From Anolis carolinensis (taxonomy: Eukaryota): a stretch of DNA of 64,000 bases. Positions 34,983-46,443 of this stretch are shown one piece after another. The DNA lies in assembly GCF_035594765.1 (NCBI RefSeq), contig NC_085842.1, forward strand, positions 43,500,782-43,564,781. The letters are read 5' to 3'. Both the position numbers and the translations under genes were made by a program. Position 1 is the first letter of the stretch; each line of letters starts with the position of its first letter. Below the pieces are notes generated by a model that was not told where the DNA came from, ran no database searches, and saw only the letters and a list, made by a program, of their open reading frames with translations.

Positions 34983-36238
34983 ATATATTGGCAACTTAAA
35001 AAACCCATAAAGCTACCTTGAAGATAAGCATTATTATACTGCTCACAGTTTAGATGGGGGATGACTGGGGAGAGCAGCTTACCTATGACCACTGAGTGTG
35101 TTCATGACACAGGAAAGATGTGACACAGGATTGTGGATCAATCACTCAGTCTCTCTGCTTTCTAAGCATTTGGTATGCATGTATATGCTTGGCCTGGCCT
35201 TGCAATTTAGTCCGACAGCTGATCCTAAAACAGATCAAGCCAATTTACCTGCCTTTATAAAATTAGAAATGTATTTAAGAAAACTGATATGAAGAAATAA
35301 AAAATAATACATGCATAATTTGTAAGTTCTAACCTTGTAAGTGCATGCAGACACCAGGAAACACAGGAAATAATTATCAGTAACGGGTTTTTTTTTTTCA
35401 CAATCTGCAATTTTCTAAGTATCAGTAATCAGTGAAGTTTTCATTTGCATTGATTATAACTGTTTTTCCCATGCCTTTATAAATGGTAAGCCCTCACATC
35501 TGGCCAGCAGATTCCCTTGTGGCTCCTGCCTTTAGTTCTGCAGGTGCACTTTTAGAATCTTTGATTGGTAAGGAGGCAGAAGAAAGAAAGAATGAAAAAA
35601 GGCCCATCTAGAAACCGACATCCTTCTGCATTATGCATGCACCTTCTGATCATTGCTGCCAGATGTTGGAGGGGAGGTCTACTGGTACAGATGCTGCGAG
35701 AACAACAGCAAAGGGCTTTTAGAATCCTTTGAGAGGAGAATTTTTATACGTATTCAAAATGAACAGAGTTGGAATTCTTATGTGAGGGATTTGGGACCTT
35801 GAGCGGTAAAACTTTGCTTGATCTTGATGCCAAAAGTAAAAAAGAAACAACAACAAAAAGTAACACCCAGACTCCAGAGGGTGGGTGCAGTTTGCTTGCA
35901 GATGTCTTTCCTTTGTCTTCACGAAGACTAGGAGCCACTGGAAACTTAACACAAACACACACCCATGTCATTATCCCATAGTGGAAGGATATGTTTGAAA
36001 ACTCCCCAAACCTAGAAATATAGGAAAGAAATAAAGAAATAAAATCTGATACATTTGATTATTGCATAAATAATGACGACTGGGGTCTAATCCTTCACCT
36101 TTCTTTTTCTATTTTTAGGCATGCATGCATCTCTTTTTCTTTCTTTCTCTCTCTCTCTCTGAAAAATCCATCCCATTCTTCCTTTGTTAGGATTAATTTT
36201 TTATTTTCTCAAATAAATAAGTAAAATATAGCTCCTTA

Positions 36239-36535
36239 GGTAAAGGTAAAGGTTTTCCCCTGACATTAAGTCTAGTCGTGTCCAGCTCTGGGGGTTGGTT
36301 CTCATCTCCATTTCTAAGACGAAGACCTGGTGTTATCCATAGATGCCCCCAAGGTCATGTGGCTGGTATGACTGCATGGAGCGCCATCACATTTGCATGT
36401 TTTCAAACTGCTAGGTTGGCAGAAGCTGGGGCTAAAAGCAGGAGCTCACCACGCTCCCCGGATTTGAACCGTCAATCTTTCTGTCAGCAAGTTCAGCAGC
36501 TCAGCGGTTTAATCCGCTGCGCCACCGAGGGCTCC
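36239..36535 (-). mobile_element. Sauria SINE
   Basis: Homologous to other copies; gctccttag at both ends. Confidence 0.9.
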
Positions 36536-37941
36536 TTAGAACCTTATAAGTGAAGCAGTAGATTTCCATTCAACTACACATTGATCAGTTTCAATGTGCA
36601 TTGTATCTGCATGGCTGGGAAACAAAAGCGGAGATGTCCTTCTAAACATTTTCCCACTTTTTTCAGGTTAACTAGTGCTGTGTCAAGGGAAACAAAGATG
36701 AAAGAAAAAGTTGGTATGATGAGAGGATAATGTAATGTACGTAATAAAATAATGAGTTTTAGTTGGATGGACAAAACAAAAGGCAGTATTTTGTAAAGTC
36801 AATTTTTGTATTCTGTTCATCTCACTTAGCTGGACAGCCTGCCACACTGGGGCCCCTGAATCTCAGGCTAGAGTCCTGTCTGCACCCTCCTCTTGTGAGG
36901 GCCATGGCTACCATCATGGAAAACACCATCCATCTTTCTTCTTTAGTGACAAAAGTGGATCATGGCAATCTATAGTCAAGATGAAAAACTGATATTCAGT
37001 TCTGGACCTAATGAAGATAATACAATGCAAGGTCAGACTGGTTTTACCTTATTAGTTTAACAATGAAATTGCAAGACACACGCACGGGTGAAGAAGAAAA
37101 GGACAACGGGAAAAATCAACACAAAGAATAAGCTTTAGGACATATTTATATCCATTTGGAGCCAGGCTGATTTTCTTTTGTTGCTGAGATTGAAGCGGGT
37201 AGATTGATGCTTGGAGCCCTCCAACATTAGTGAACTCTATGGCAGGAATGGAACATGATAGGGACAAATGGTTTTGTTTTGTTGAAGGAAAGTTCATCCC
37301 AAACTCTGGACAGTCACGAGCAGAAAAATAACCCAATTGTCTATTTGACTATGGGCACCTCCTGGAAATTTCTTGTGAACAAGATACTATGAGTTGTATA
37401 TGGTGAAGAACAACAGAATCTGATCCTTAACCGAAGTATAGTGCCTGGATTCAGGGAGAAGTGCATGGGTCATTCATCCTTCAGATCCCATAATATTGTT
37501 CTGAATGGAGCACTGCTTTTTCAAATGAGAAAACATCACAGTCCAAAGCACCCTCTCATAACCAATCTACATTTCTTTACCTTAGTTCACTGATGTTTGA
37601 TATTTAGAACTTATTATGCCGGCACTAAAATTGTGCCCTCTGTCAGAAACAATCAGATTATGCGCAGCTTTAAGCAAGTTCATTTTTCTGGTTGGCCCAA
37701 GAGATCTCAACCATGCCTTTAAAGCCTGTGCTTTAAAACACACAATTATAGTTTGTACTCAATAATTCATAATCATGTTTTTTCAATTTTTCCTCAGTGA
37801 AAATGGTCACATATTAATTCTGAGGAAATGGACATTTAGCATACAATTTTCATGGGGAGAAAAAAGAAATAAAGAATTATGGACCAGTACATCCATCTGA
37901 GTCTTTAAAAAATTATGTCTGAGATCTCATATCACAGTTTA

Positions 37942-38660
37942 TGTGCCGTCCGCCAGACAATAAAAAAACTATAAAGCTGAAACGTGCCGTCCTTTATCCG
38001 GGCGAACTGCAAATCCCTATAAGCTGTCCTAAAAATATTGAACGACTGAGTCTGGAAAACTTCAAAAAAAAGGATGTTTATTCATACAAGGTTGTAAACC
38101 TGGCACAGATCTTAAAGTTACAGAAAATGAAACAAATTTCTATAGGTTTTAGTTACAGAATTATCCCTGGTTCCAGAAGGCAAAGGTGATTATAAAACCA
38201 CTATACCCTAATCACGCTGTCTATGTTAGAAGGAGAAACTCTTTCCTTCCCTATCTTTACAGCAAAGATTAGTTCTAGAAGCGACGGAATAACCCTGCTC
38301 CTCTAACTAGATTTCCTATTCCAGATCAGTATAATTCAATACTTATCTAATTTGGATAGGCTTAGATTGGCCTGGTTTTGAGGATGATTTGTCCCAGTTA
38401 GCTTGCACAGCTGCAGCACGTTGGAAGACTATAGCCAAAATGAGGCTCCAAAATGGAGACTAGACCCTGGTAAAAAAGGGCGGTCCTAAGATGTTGTACT
38501 CTTTGACCAATCGTTGCAAAGAAAACTGCAGCCAGCTCTTGCAGACTCCAAGCCACTTTTCCTGGGCTTTTGCAGCCAGAGGCTGAAACAAAATGCAAAG
38601 GAGGGAAAACAAACAAACGACCAATAGGTAAGGCAAACCATCGTCCTGGGGGACGGAACA
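37942..38660 (-). repeat. 3' LTR
   Basis: Near-identical to 43515-44233; terminal inverted repeat TGT(T/G)CCGTCC. Confidence 0.97.
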
Positions 38661-38678
38661 CTCCCCGCTTAAATTCCC
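38661..38678 (-). other. Polypurine tract
   Basis: Minus-strand gggaatttaagcggggag directly abuts the 3' LTR. Confidence 0.75.
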
Positions 38679-38749
38679 AGGATGTGGGAATTTACCACTC
38701 AAAAACATACAAACACCTTTGTATACACAACAATAAAACAGTATAAAAC

Positions 38750-39045
38750 TTACACACTTTGGACAAGCAACACGAGATTGCTGGTTGGCCTGTCTAGGAC
38801 AGACATTTTGTCCTTACTATGAGTCTTTACCTGAACTTTTCTAACCTTACCGTCAGGGCAAGGAAAGGTCTTTAGTATAATGCCCATAGGCCAGGTATAG
38901 CGGGGCAAGTCTTTGTCCTTTAGCAACACAAGGTTTCCCACCTTGACATTGTCCTTTGGGGTTTGCCAGAGTCTTCTGGTTGGAAGCTGGCTTAAGTATT
39001 CGGCCTTCCACCTCTTCCAGAAGTGGTTGGCTAAGGTCTGCACAT
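38750..39045 (-). pseudogene. BEL integrase C-terminal region (DUF5641-like), out of frame with the main ORF
   Basis: VQTLANHFWKRWKAEYL...VKVGNLVLLKD...WPMGII...DGKVRKVQVK. Confidence 0.85.
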
Positions 39046-42000
39046 GCAAAATTGGTGCCACAGTCCGACCAAATTGACTTAATTGGCCCTCTGAGGGCTA
39101 TAAACTTTTTCAAGGCATTTATGAATGATGAAGTGTCCATTCCCTCTACATCCTCAATATAGACAGTTCGTTTTGACAAACAAGTAAACAAAACCGCCCA
39201 TCTTTTATTATTTACAACACCACCCCTGGTTTTTCTGGTAACAATTTCCCAAGGACCAAACACATTAATTCCCACGTGGGAAAAAGGGGGGTCTGTCAAA
39301 GTCCTATCCTGAGGTAGTTCTGCTATTAACCGGTTTTGACAGTTTCGCCTAAGGTACCTGCATTTAACACATTTGAAAATACAACTGTTGACCAACCTTT
39401 TGGCATTAACTACCCACAGACCCTCGTTTCTAAGGGCTGCCTCAGTTAGAGTTCTACCCTGATGATGGATTCTTTTCTTTAGGGACCAGAGTCTTTTCCC
39501 TGCCGTGTGTCTATTGTTTGGCGAAGTGGGCTTATCTGACTTAAAGGGCAAAGGAGCTACCCAATTTCCCTCTGCACTTCGTGAGACTTGAGCATTCATA
39601 CTGTCCAAGAACCTTTGCTCATCTTTCGAGAGCGCTATGGCTTCGTCTCTCTCAGAGACTTTGAAGGTGGAGGAATACTCTGGAGTTATTCCTTGGCAGT
39701 AGACTGAGATGTGACTTAGGCAACTGCGCACAAGTGTAGGACGTCCACCTTTAAGCACCTGTGCTTGATTGGAGTCCAACGACGATGGTGAGTGCATCTT
39801 GTTTATGCACACTGGGCCTATGACTGTCCAGCCTAATGGCAATTGTTGTGCGATAGGTGCACCTGGAGGTCCTTTAACTTGATCGTTCACACAAAACAAG
39901 CTCGGGCAGTCCGAACCAAGCCAAAGGGCAATGTCCACATCTGGCTGAAATGCTGGTATAGCATTCTTCAATCGTCGCAAATGTGGATGAGCCTCCACAA
40001 CTTCTTTAGTTACAATTTGCTTTTTGTTCCGAGGGATGGAGGAACACTCAATCAGGTCTGGCAGCTTGAACTGTCTCTTCTGGTCGCAAGAGGAGACAAC
40101 AAAGCCAGATGCTATGCGACCCTGCAACTTCTTTTTTCCTGCACACGTAGTCATAGTGTAGTCGACCATCTTGGTTTTAAGGTCAAACATGCGGAAGAAC
40201 TCTGGAGTAGCCAGGGAGGCATCACTCTGTGAATCCAGGGCCACATAGAGTCTCTTTCTAAGCCAAGGGCTCTTGGCTGGATATACATCCGCTAGGCAGA
40301 TAGGATGACAAACTCTTAACTGTTGCGAGTCAGAACACAGCTCTGTACAGGCGACTGCTGAAACTTCCACCTGCATCTCTGGTGCGGCTGGCTTGTCGGT
40401 GTCTTCGACTGCTGACTTTTCTTTTGGTGTGGAGTTGTGCATTGCGGTGCAATGCTTGAGGCTGTTGCATTTCTCACACTTGACGATTTCATTGCAGTTA
40501 GATGCAAAGTGCGGAGTTGCTCCACAGCATCTAAAGCAGATTCCCTGCTTTTGAATTAGCTGTTGCCTTTCTTTGTATGTCTTCCTGCTAAACTCCCTGC
40601 AGTTGGCCAAGCTGTGAGGCTTTTGGTGAATAGGGCAAAGCAACTCTTTTACCTCTGACCTGGGTTCGTCAGTCTTGTGTTGAGTTTCGACTGCCTTTAC
40701 GCTGACAGGTCTATTGGCCTCTCTAGGTGGTTTCTTGTCCACTTCAGGTGCCTTCCCTGGATGGATCCCCTGATATAAGGTGGGCAGGCCCGTCTGTGGA
40801 TCATTCCTTTCCCTGGCCGCTCTGGTGATGAACTGTACCAGATGGGAAAACGGTGGGTACGCCTGAGAATGGGCCTCCTTGTAGTTAAAAACCTGTTTTC
40901 CCCAGTCTTCCTGCAGGGTGAAGGGAAGTTTGCCCAGAATCTGCCACTGGGACAGATGCTGATCGAGGCACTGCAGTCCAGGCAACTCTGGATTCTCCTT
41001 GGCCGACTCTAACTCTGCAAGAAGATCACTGAGGTCCCACAGGAGCTTGCAGTCCTTGAGCTTTAAGGTTGGGAACCTTTGCAGCTTGTCCATTAGAGAT
41101 GCTTCAATCTCCGTGCTAGCTCCATACCGCTGATGTAATCTGTCCCAAGCCTTTTCCAAGGCTTTGTCGGGGTCAGCTACATGGGCTGAATATATTCTCT
41201 TAACTTGAGAAGATGATGCTGGACCCAACCAGGCGCCTAGCAGGGTCAGCTCTTCTTCAGGCAACAACTTTAAGTCTCTAATTGCCCTCTTGAAGGTAAC
41301 CTTCCAGAGAAGGAACTCTTCAGGCTTGTCTGAAAACTTTTCAACTCCCTTGTCCTTGAGGTCTCTTTTGGGACTCCTAAGGATCGAGATGAGCTGGGAT
41401 TCTGGTGTCGATGGGAACAAGTGTGGCGTTGGCTGCTGTGGGGAGAAATCCCGTGCTCCTGGTGTCGACCTTTGACCCTTTGGAGGGAAGGCATCGTCTG
41501 TAGACGGACAGATGGTTCCTTTTGGACTTGCTTGTAGGGCCCAATTGGTGATAGGCTTTGATGGTTTGGCTGACTGCTCGGGAATCTTAGTAGGAGGCAC
41601 AGGCAAACTGAGCAAAGATGAGCTCCCCGCTATAACGCTCTGAACTTTAGCCAACCCGAAGGCAACTTTAGGGCCCTGCTCTGACCGCAGAGAGAAGTCT
41701 TCATGTTCCTCGTCAGAAAGCTGGCTGTTTAAACTATTAAGGTGCACAAGCACCTTGGAAGAAGGGTCCTGCCTCGGCAACTGACTTACATTTTCTTCTG
41801 TGAGTTGCCCACTTAGGACCTTGGCCAAAGTCTCAGCCTTTACCTTTTTGGCAGTAGCATCCATCCTTATTCTAAGCATTTCTATTTCACATTGCCTTTG
41901 GGCCTGTTCTATTTGGAGTCGCTGTTCCTCCTCTTTAAGGTGGAAAGTGTGGTCAGCTGCTTTTGCATCAGCTTCCGCCTCCGCAACCTTGCTCTGTAGC

Positions 42001-42581
42001 TCCAGACGTGCAGCCTCCTTAATGTGCAAGGCAGCTAGGGAAGAGATGGCACTCCCAGCAGCAGAAGACTTGCTAGAGTGGCTGTGTTTAGATGATGCAC
42101 GCTCCCTTAGTTTAGATACCTGGCTAGAGCGGTTGGACTTAAGACTAAGTGCCACAGCAGGTGATTTTAAAAGATTGGTCTCATGGCTGCATAAGGAAGC
42201 TAGGATTTCCCTCACCCTATTTTCTTTCTCATTAGTGTCAGCTAAAACACTCACTATTTCTAACTCTGAATCCTTGGCGTTAATGCGCTCGAGGACCTGG
42301 ACTATCTTAGACACCAAACCCCTCCAAAGACCGAAGGTCTCTTCAAGGTCTGTCTGTAATATGGATGGCACCCTTGTAATACCCAAGCTCTCTATTCTGC
42401 CCATTAATGTTACAATGCGCTCCCATGCCGAACCTAACCTCACATGGAGGAGCTCCTTTTCATCTATTAGATGGGCTAGCATCTTGGCTGAAGGGTGGTT
42501 TATCCTTTGGGGCCTTTCATTCCTAATTTCAGCCTCAGAAGGAGATATACCATTTATATCATCTTGAAAATGCATAGACAT
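38853..42581 (-). CDS. BEL/Pao Gag-protease-partial integrase polyprotein lacking RT and RNase H
   Basis: 1242-aa open frame: coiled coil, DUF1759-like KFSDKPEEFLLWK, knuckles CPIH..H..C / CFRC..H..C / CEKC..H..H, protease LDSQS, then direct jump to the integrase Zn finger HHQGR...CVKC and SDCGTNF. Confidence 0.9.
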   Translation of the reverse strand: MSMHFQDDINGISPSEAEIRNERPQRINHPSAKMLAHLIDEKELLHVRLGSAWERIVTLMGRIESLGITRVPSILQTDLEETFGLWRGLVSKIVQVLERINAKDSELEIVSVLADTNEKENRVREILASLCSHETNLLKSPAVALSLKSNRSSQVSKLRERASSKHSHSSKSSAAGSAISSLAALHIKEAARLELQSKVAEAEADAKAADHTFHLKEEEQRLQIEQAQRQCEIEMLRIRMDATAKKVKAETLAKVLSGQLTEENVSQLPRQDPSSKVLVHLNSLNSQLSDEEHEDFSLRSEQGPKVAFGLAKVQSVIAGSSSLLSLPVPPTKIPEQSAKPSKPITNWALQASPKGTICPSTDDAFPPKGQRSTPGARDFSPQQPTPHLFPSTPESQLISILRSPKRDLKDKGVEKFSDKPEEFLLWKVTFKRAIRDLKLLPEEELTLLGAWLGPASSSQVKRIYSAHVADPDKALEKAWDRLHQRYGASTEIEASLMDKLQRFPTLKLKDCKLLWDLSDLLAELESAKENPELPGLQCLDQHLSQWQILGKLPFTLQEDWGKQVFNYKEAHSQAYPPFSHLVQFITRAARERNDPQTGLPTLYQGIHPGKAPEVDKKPPREANRPVSVKAVETQHKTDEPRSEVKELLCPIHQKPHSLANCREFSRKTYKERQQLIQKQGICFRCCGATPHFASNCNEIVKCEKCNSLKHCTAMHNSTPKEKSAVEDTDKPAAPEMQVEVSAVACTELCSDSQQLRVCHPICLADVYPAKSPWLRKRLYVALDSQSDASLATPEFFRMFDLKTKMVDYTMTTCAGKKKLQGRIASGFVVSSCDQKRQFKLPDLIECSSIPRNKKQIVTKEVVEAHPHLRRLKNAIPAFQPDVDIALWLGSDCPSLFCVNDQVKGPPGAPIAQQLPLGWTVIGPVCINKMHSPSSLDSNQAQVLKGGRPTLVRSCLSHISVYCQGITPEYSSTFKVSERDEAIALSKDEQRFLDSMNAQVSRSAEGNWVAPLPFKSDKPTSPNNRHTAGKRLWSLKKRIHHQGRTLTEAALRNEGLWVVNAKRLVNSCIFKCVKCRYLRRNCQNRLIAELPQDRTLTDPPFSHVGINVFGPWEIVTRKTRGGVVNNKRWAVLFTCLSKRTVYIEDVEGMDTSSFINALKKFIALRGPIKSIWSDCGTNFACADLSQPLLEEVEGRILKPASNQKTLANPKGQCQGGKPCVAKGQRLAPLYLAYGHYTKDLSLP

Positions 42582-42961
42582 TATATATTCTTAGTAGCAA
42601 GTAAATTTACAACAAAGGCAAATGCAATATACCTGCAAGTAAATTTACAATAAAAGCAAATGCAATATATAATACAATGCACAGCACTTAACCATAGCAA
42701 TATATATCACTAAGTAACTATACTTTACAAAGATTGTGACCTTTGGCGCCAGACTTTGGTGGGCAAGCTGCAAAATGCCAACTGACAGCAACTTGCCACT
42801 TGATACCTCCCTTGCCCGAGTGACGTAAACTGCCAAAATGGCGACTTCGCCAAATTTTCAAGCACCTTGTGCTCTGCGGCTCGAGGCCTGCCGCCGAAGG
42901 AGCACCGAGGCTGGCTTTGGAAAGGAGGAGAGAAGAGACGCCTCCTCCCCGCTGTGAAGGG

Positions 42962-43110
42962 AGGTCACCACCGCAGGACGATGAGACAGGTCACCGCCGC
43001 AGGTCGATGAAACAGGTCACCACCGCAGGTCGATGAAACGGGTCACCACCGCAGGACGATGAGGCAGGTCACCACTGCCGGACGATGAGGCAGGTCACCA
43101 CCGCCAGGCG
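42962..43110. repeat. 26-bp GC-rich tandem repeat (~5.5 copies) in the BEL leader
   Basis: Unit aggtcaccaccgcaggacgatgagac with substitutions; no spacers. Confidence 0.9.
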
Positions 43111-43514
43111 ACTGTCCCGGCCGAGATCCTAGCCACTGTGAAGACTCAGCCAGAACTTTCTTTTGGAGTTGCCAGGCTTATCTGGGTCCCGGCCTGGTGC
43201 TTCTGGACTCACCACTTCCGTGTGAGCCCAAAGACTGCTGCTGGAACTCCGCGGCTCGATACCTGCCACCGAAGGAGCTCGGGGTAGATTGCTGGGTTTT
43301 GCACAGCCGTGCAATTGCAGAAACAGCCGCAGGGCTACGCGCACACACGCGAGCTGAAGAGCAGGATACTGCAGAGGCTGAAGGAATGGAGCCCCACTCT
43401 CTCACTTGCCTTTTGGCCTGGCAGCAAGCTTCACTGCAACAGACCAATGAAATCAAAGTCTCTATGGCCGTGCAGGCTAGCTCAAGCGGAAAAACCGCTG
43501 ATCGACCTCAAAAC

Positions 43515-44233
43515 TGTGCCGTCCGCCAGACAATAAAAAAACTATAAAGCTGAAACGTGCCATCCTTTATCCGGGCGAACTGCAAATCCCTATAAGCTGT
43601 CCTAAAAATATTGAACGACTGAGTCTGGAAAACTTCAAAAAAAAGGATGTTTATTCATACAAGGTTGTAAACCTGGCACAGATCTTAAAGTTACAGAAAA
43701 TGAAACAAATTTCTATAGGTTTTAGTTACAGAATTATCCCTGGTTCCAGAAGGCAAAGGTGATTATAAAACCACTATACCCTAATCACGCTGTCTATGTT
43801 AGAAGGAGAAACTCTTTCCTTCCCTATCTTTACAGCAAAGATTAGTTCTAGAAGCGACGGAATAACCCTGCTCCTCTAACTAGATTTCCTATTCCAGATC
43901 AGTATAATTCAATACTTATCTAATTTGGATAGGCTTAGATTGGCCTGGTTTTGAGGATGATTTGTCCCAGTTAGCTTGCACAGCTGCAGCACGTTGGAAG
44001 ACTATAGCCAAAATGAGGCTCCAAAATGGAGACTAGACCCTGGTAAAAAAGGGCGGTCCTAAGATGTTGTACTCTTTGACCAATCGTTGCAAAGAAAACT
44101 GCAGCCAGCTCTTGCAGACTCCAAGCCACTTTTCCTGGGCTTTTGCAGCCAGAGGCTGAAACAAAATGCAAAGGAGGGAAAACAAACAAACGACCAATAG
44201 GTAAGGCAAACCATCGTCCTGGGGGACGGAACA
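43515..44233 (-). repeat. 5' LTR
   Basis: Upstream of gag on the minus strand; I see one substitution versus the 3' LTR (gtgccAtcc vs gtgccGtcc). Confidence 0.97.
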
Positions 44234-44524
44234 GTTTAAATTTTGTATATTGAAAATGTATATTGAAAGTGTTTTGTATTTGTACATAATTGATGTTCTA
44301 CATTTTGGTGGAAAGGGTGAAATAAATCATCATTGTTGCTTTACAAATCCATAGCTACTCTGCAGAAAGGCAACAAATTCCTATTAATGAATTTCACAGA
44401 TGCATTTTTGGGTCAAAGTAATCCAGTGTGTATTGGGCAGTTCTGATATACATTGCATGCTTCTGTTGTGCTCAGAAAAGTTAACTGACAGTATCGTTTA
44501 TCAGTGGTAAAGTTCATCTATAAA

Positions 44525-44845
44525 GTAAAGGTAAAGGTTTTTCCCAGACATTAAGTCTAGTTGTGTCCGACTCTGGGGGTTGGTGTTCATCTCGATTTCT
44601 AAGCTGAAGAGCTGATGTAGTCCATAGATGCCTCCTTGGTCATGCGGCCAGCATGACTGCATGGAGCGCTGTTACTTTCCCAGCAGAGTGTTACCTATTG
44701 ACCTAATTACATTTGCATGTTTTCGAACTGCTAGGTTGGCAGAAGCTGGGGCAAACAGCGGGAACTCATCCTGCTCCCTGGATTCGAACCATCGACCTTT
44801 CGGTCAGCAAGTTCAGCAGCTCAGTGGCTTAACCTGCTGTGCCAC
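44525..44845 (-). mobile_element. Sauria SINE
   Basis: TSD catctataaa (44515-44524 / 44845-44854). Confidence 0.92.
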
Positions 44846-46110
44846 ATCTATAAAAAAGATTCAATAAAATTCATCAAATAATTAATAAATCAACAACATG
44901 TGGATGCAAGCAATTATTGAGAAGAAAGAAGATGCAATATAGAGAAGGGCCTGATACCTCACTGATCAAACCATGGATGGATAATCTTGCAGTGCATCTC
45001 TCCATGGTCTCAAGTGATGCACCGGTGATGTGAGCCATTCTGAATATGGACATTGAGTAACTACCCACTCAAATTTGTACACTTGCAGACCATTTACAAG
45101 GATGCAAGTCCCAAGCAGAATGGCAGCCAATAATTATGTTTAACACTGTGCATCACTCTCAACCCATGAAAATGAGGATGCATAGATTTCAGGCAAGGGA
45201 GATCAAATTTATTTTCCAGGAGAGTTGTATTAAATCCATATCATGTAAATGAAGCTCTTAAATGTCCTTATATGGCCATATGAAACAGCATGTCCTTTGG
45301 CAGGATACAGGTTGAGTATAAAAAATTTACCACAGAGATTTGAAATTGTATCAGAGAAGCACTAAGTATATCAAAGAAATGAGGACTGGGAAGGAATGTG
45401 AGGTAACTATTCCAATATGAATGTTTACCATCATTTCTGGGCAGATGTTCAAGATGGTTTATTTAGGTTTGTTCATTATTTACCCACTAATGTTATTTTT
45501 AAACAACCACCATCATTTTTGAAAGAGACATTTAAAAGGTAAAAAAGCACTGTATGTACCAGCTTGTGGTACAAGATTATTTCTTCTCCCATGCTTATCA
45601 TCATTTTCTGAACCCTTATGAAAAGGTGAACAGTACAATCCATCACTTGAGTTTACTACTGAGAAACTAAACTAATCAAAACAATTCAATATTTATTGCT
45701 AGTTATTTACAATCACTGCATAACTTGGATAGCCTGCACAATCTGTTTACACCTCCAAAAACATCCTCTTCCGTTTACAAACATCCCTCTTCTAGCCAAA
45801 ATTGATATCAATATTGTGTGAGTCATCTGTTTTACAGATGCTTTGTAGGTCATTGAACAGACTTTGGTTCATCCAAACCAATAATTTGTCCTGTTATATC
45901 ACAATGCCTAATACACTGAAGGGCAACATGTGCTTGCTTTTATATGTGTCTAAAGAAAACCAATCACTTTTTGATTTTAAGCTCAAATTAGCAGGCACAA
46001 AAACATGGTACAGTGTCTTTCAGCTTTGTCAGCACAGGCTTACGTAGCTGTACAAGGCAAAATGAATTCTTTACAATGGGCACACAGTTTATTTTGACCA
46101 TGACATGGGT

Positions 46111-46443
46111 GAGCCCTCAGTGGCACAGCAGGTTAAACCTCTGAGCTGCTGAATTTGCTGACCAAAAGGTCAGTGGTTCAAATCCCGGGAGCGGAATGAG
46201 CACCGGCTGTTAGCCCCAGCTCCTGCCAACCTAGCAGTTCGAAAAAATGCAAATGTGAGTAGATCAATAGGTACCGCATCAGCGGGAAGGTAATGGCGCT
46301 CCATGCAGTCATGCCAGTCACATGACCTTGGAGATGTTCATGGACAATGCCGGCTCTTTGGCCTAGAAATGGAGATGAGCACCAATCCCCAGAGTCAGGC
46401 ACGACTGGACTTACCGTCAGGGGAAACCTTTACCTTTGCCTTA
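46111..46443 (+). mobile_element. Sauria SINE (full length)
   Basis: Complete head with A/B boxes and acctttacctttg tail. Confidence 0.92.

Larger units (their letters stand above)
37942..44233 (-). mobile_element. BEL/Pao LTR retrotransposon, internally deleted (non-autonomous)
   Basis: Two 719-bp TG...CA LTRs, 5-bp TSD gttta (37937-37941 / 44234-44238), PPT, BEL-type Gag with three Zn knuckles, protease and partial integrase. Confidence 0.95.

Noticed and set aside
41800-42567. 255-aa plus-strand ORF
   Set aside because: Antisense shadow of the gag coiled-coil region; no recognisable motifs.
42962-43110. Regular 26-bp repeats as a CRISPR-like array
   Set aside because: Head-to-tail units with no unique spacers, inside a eukaryotic retrotransposon; no cas genes.
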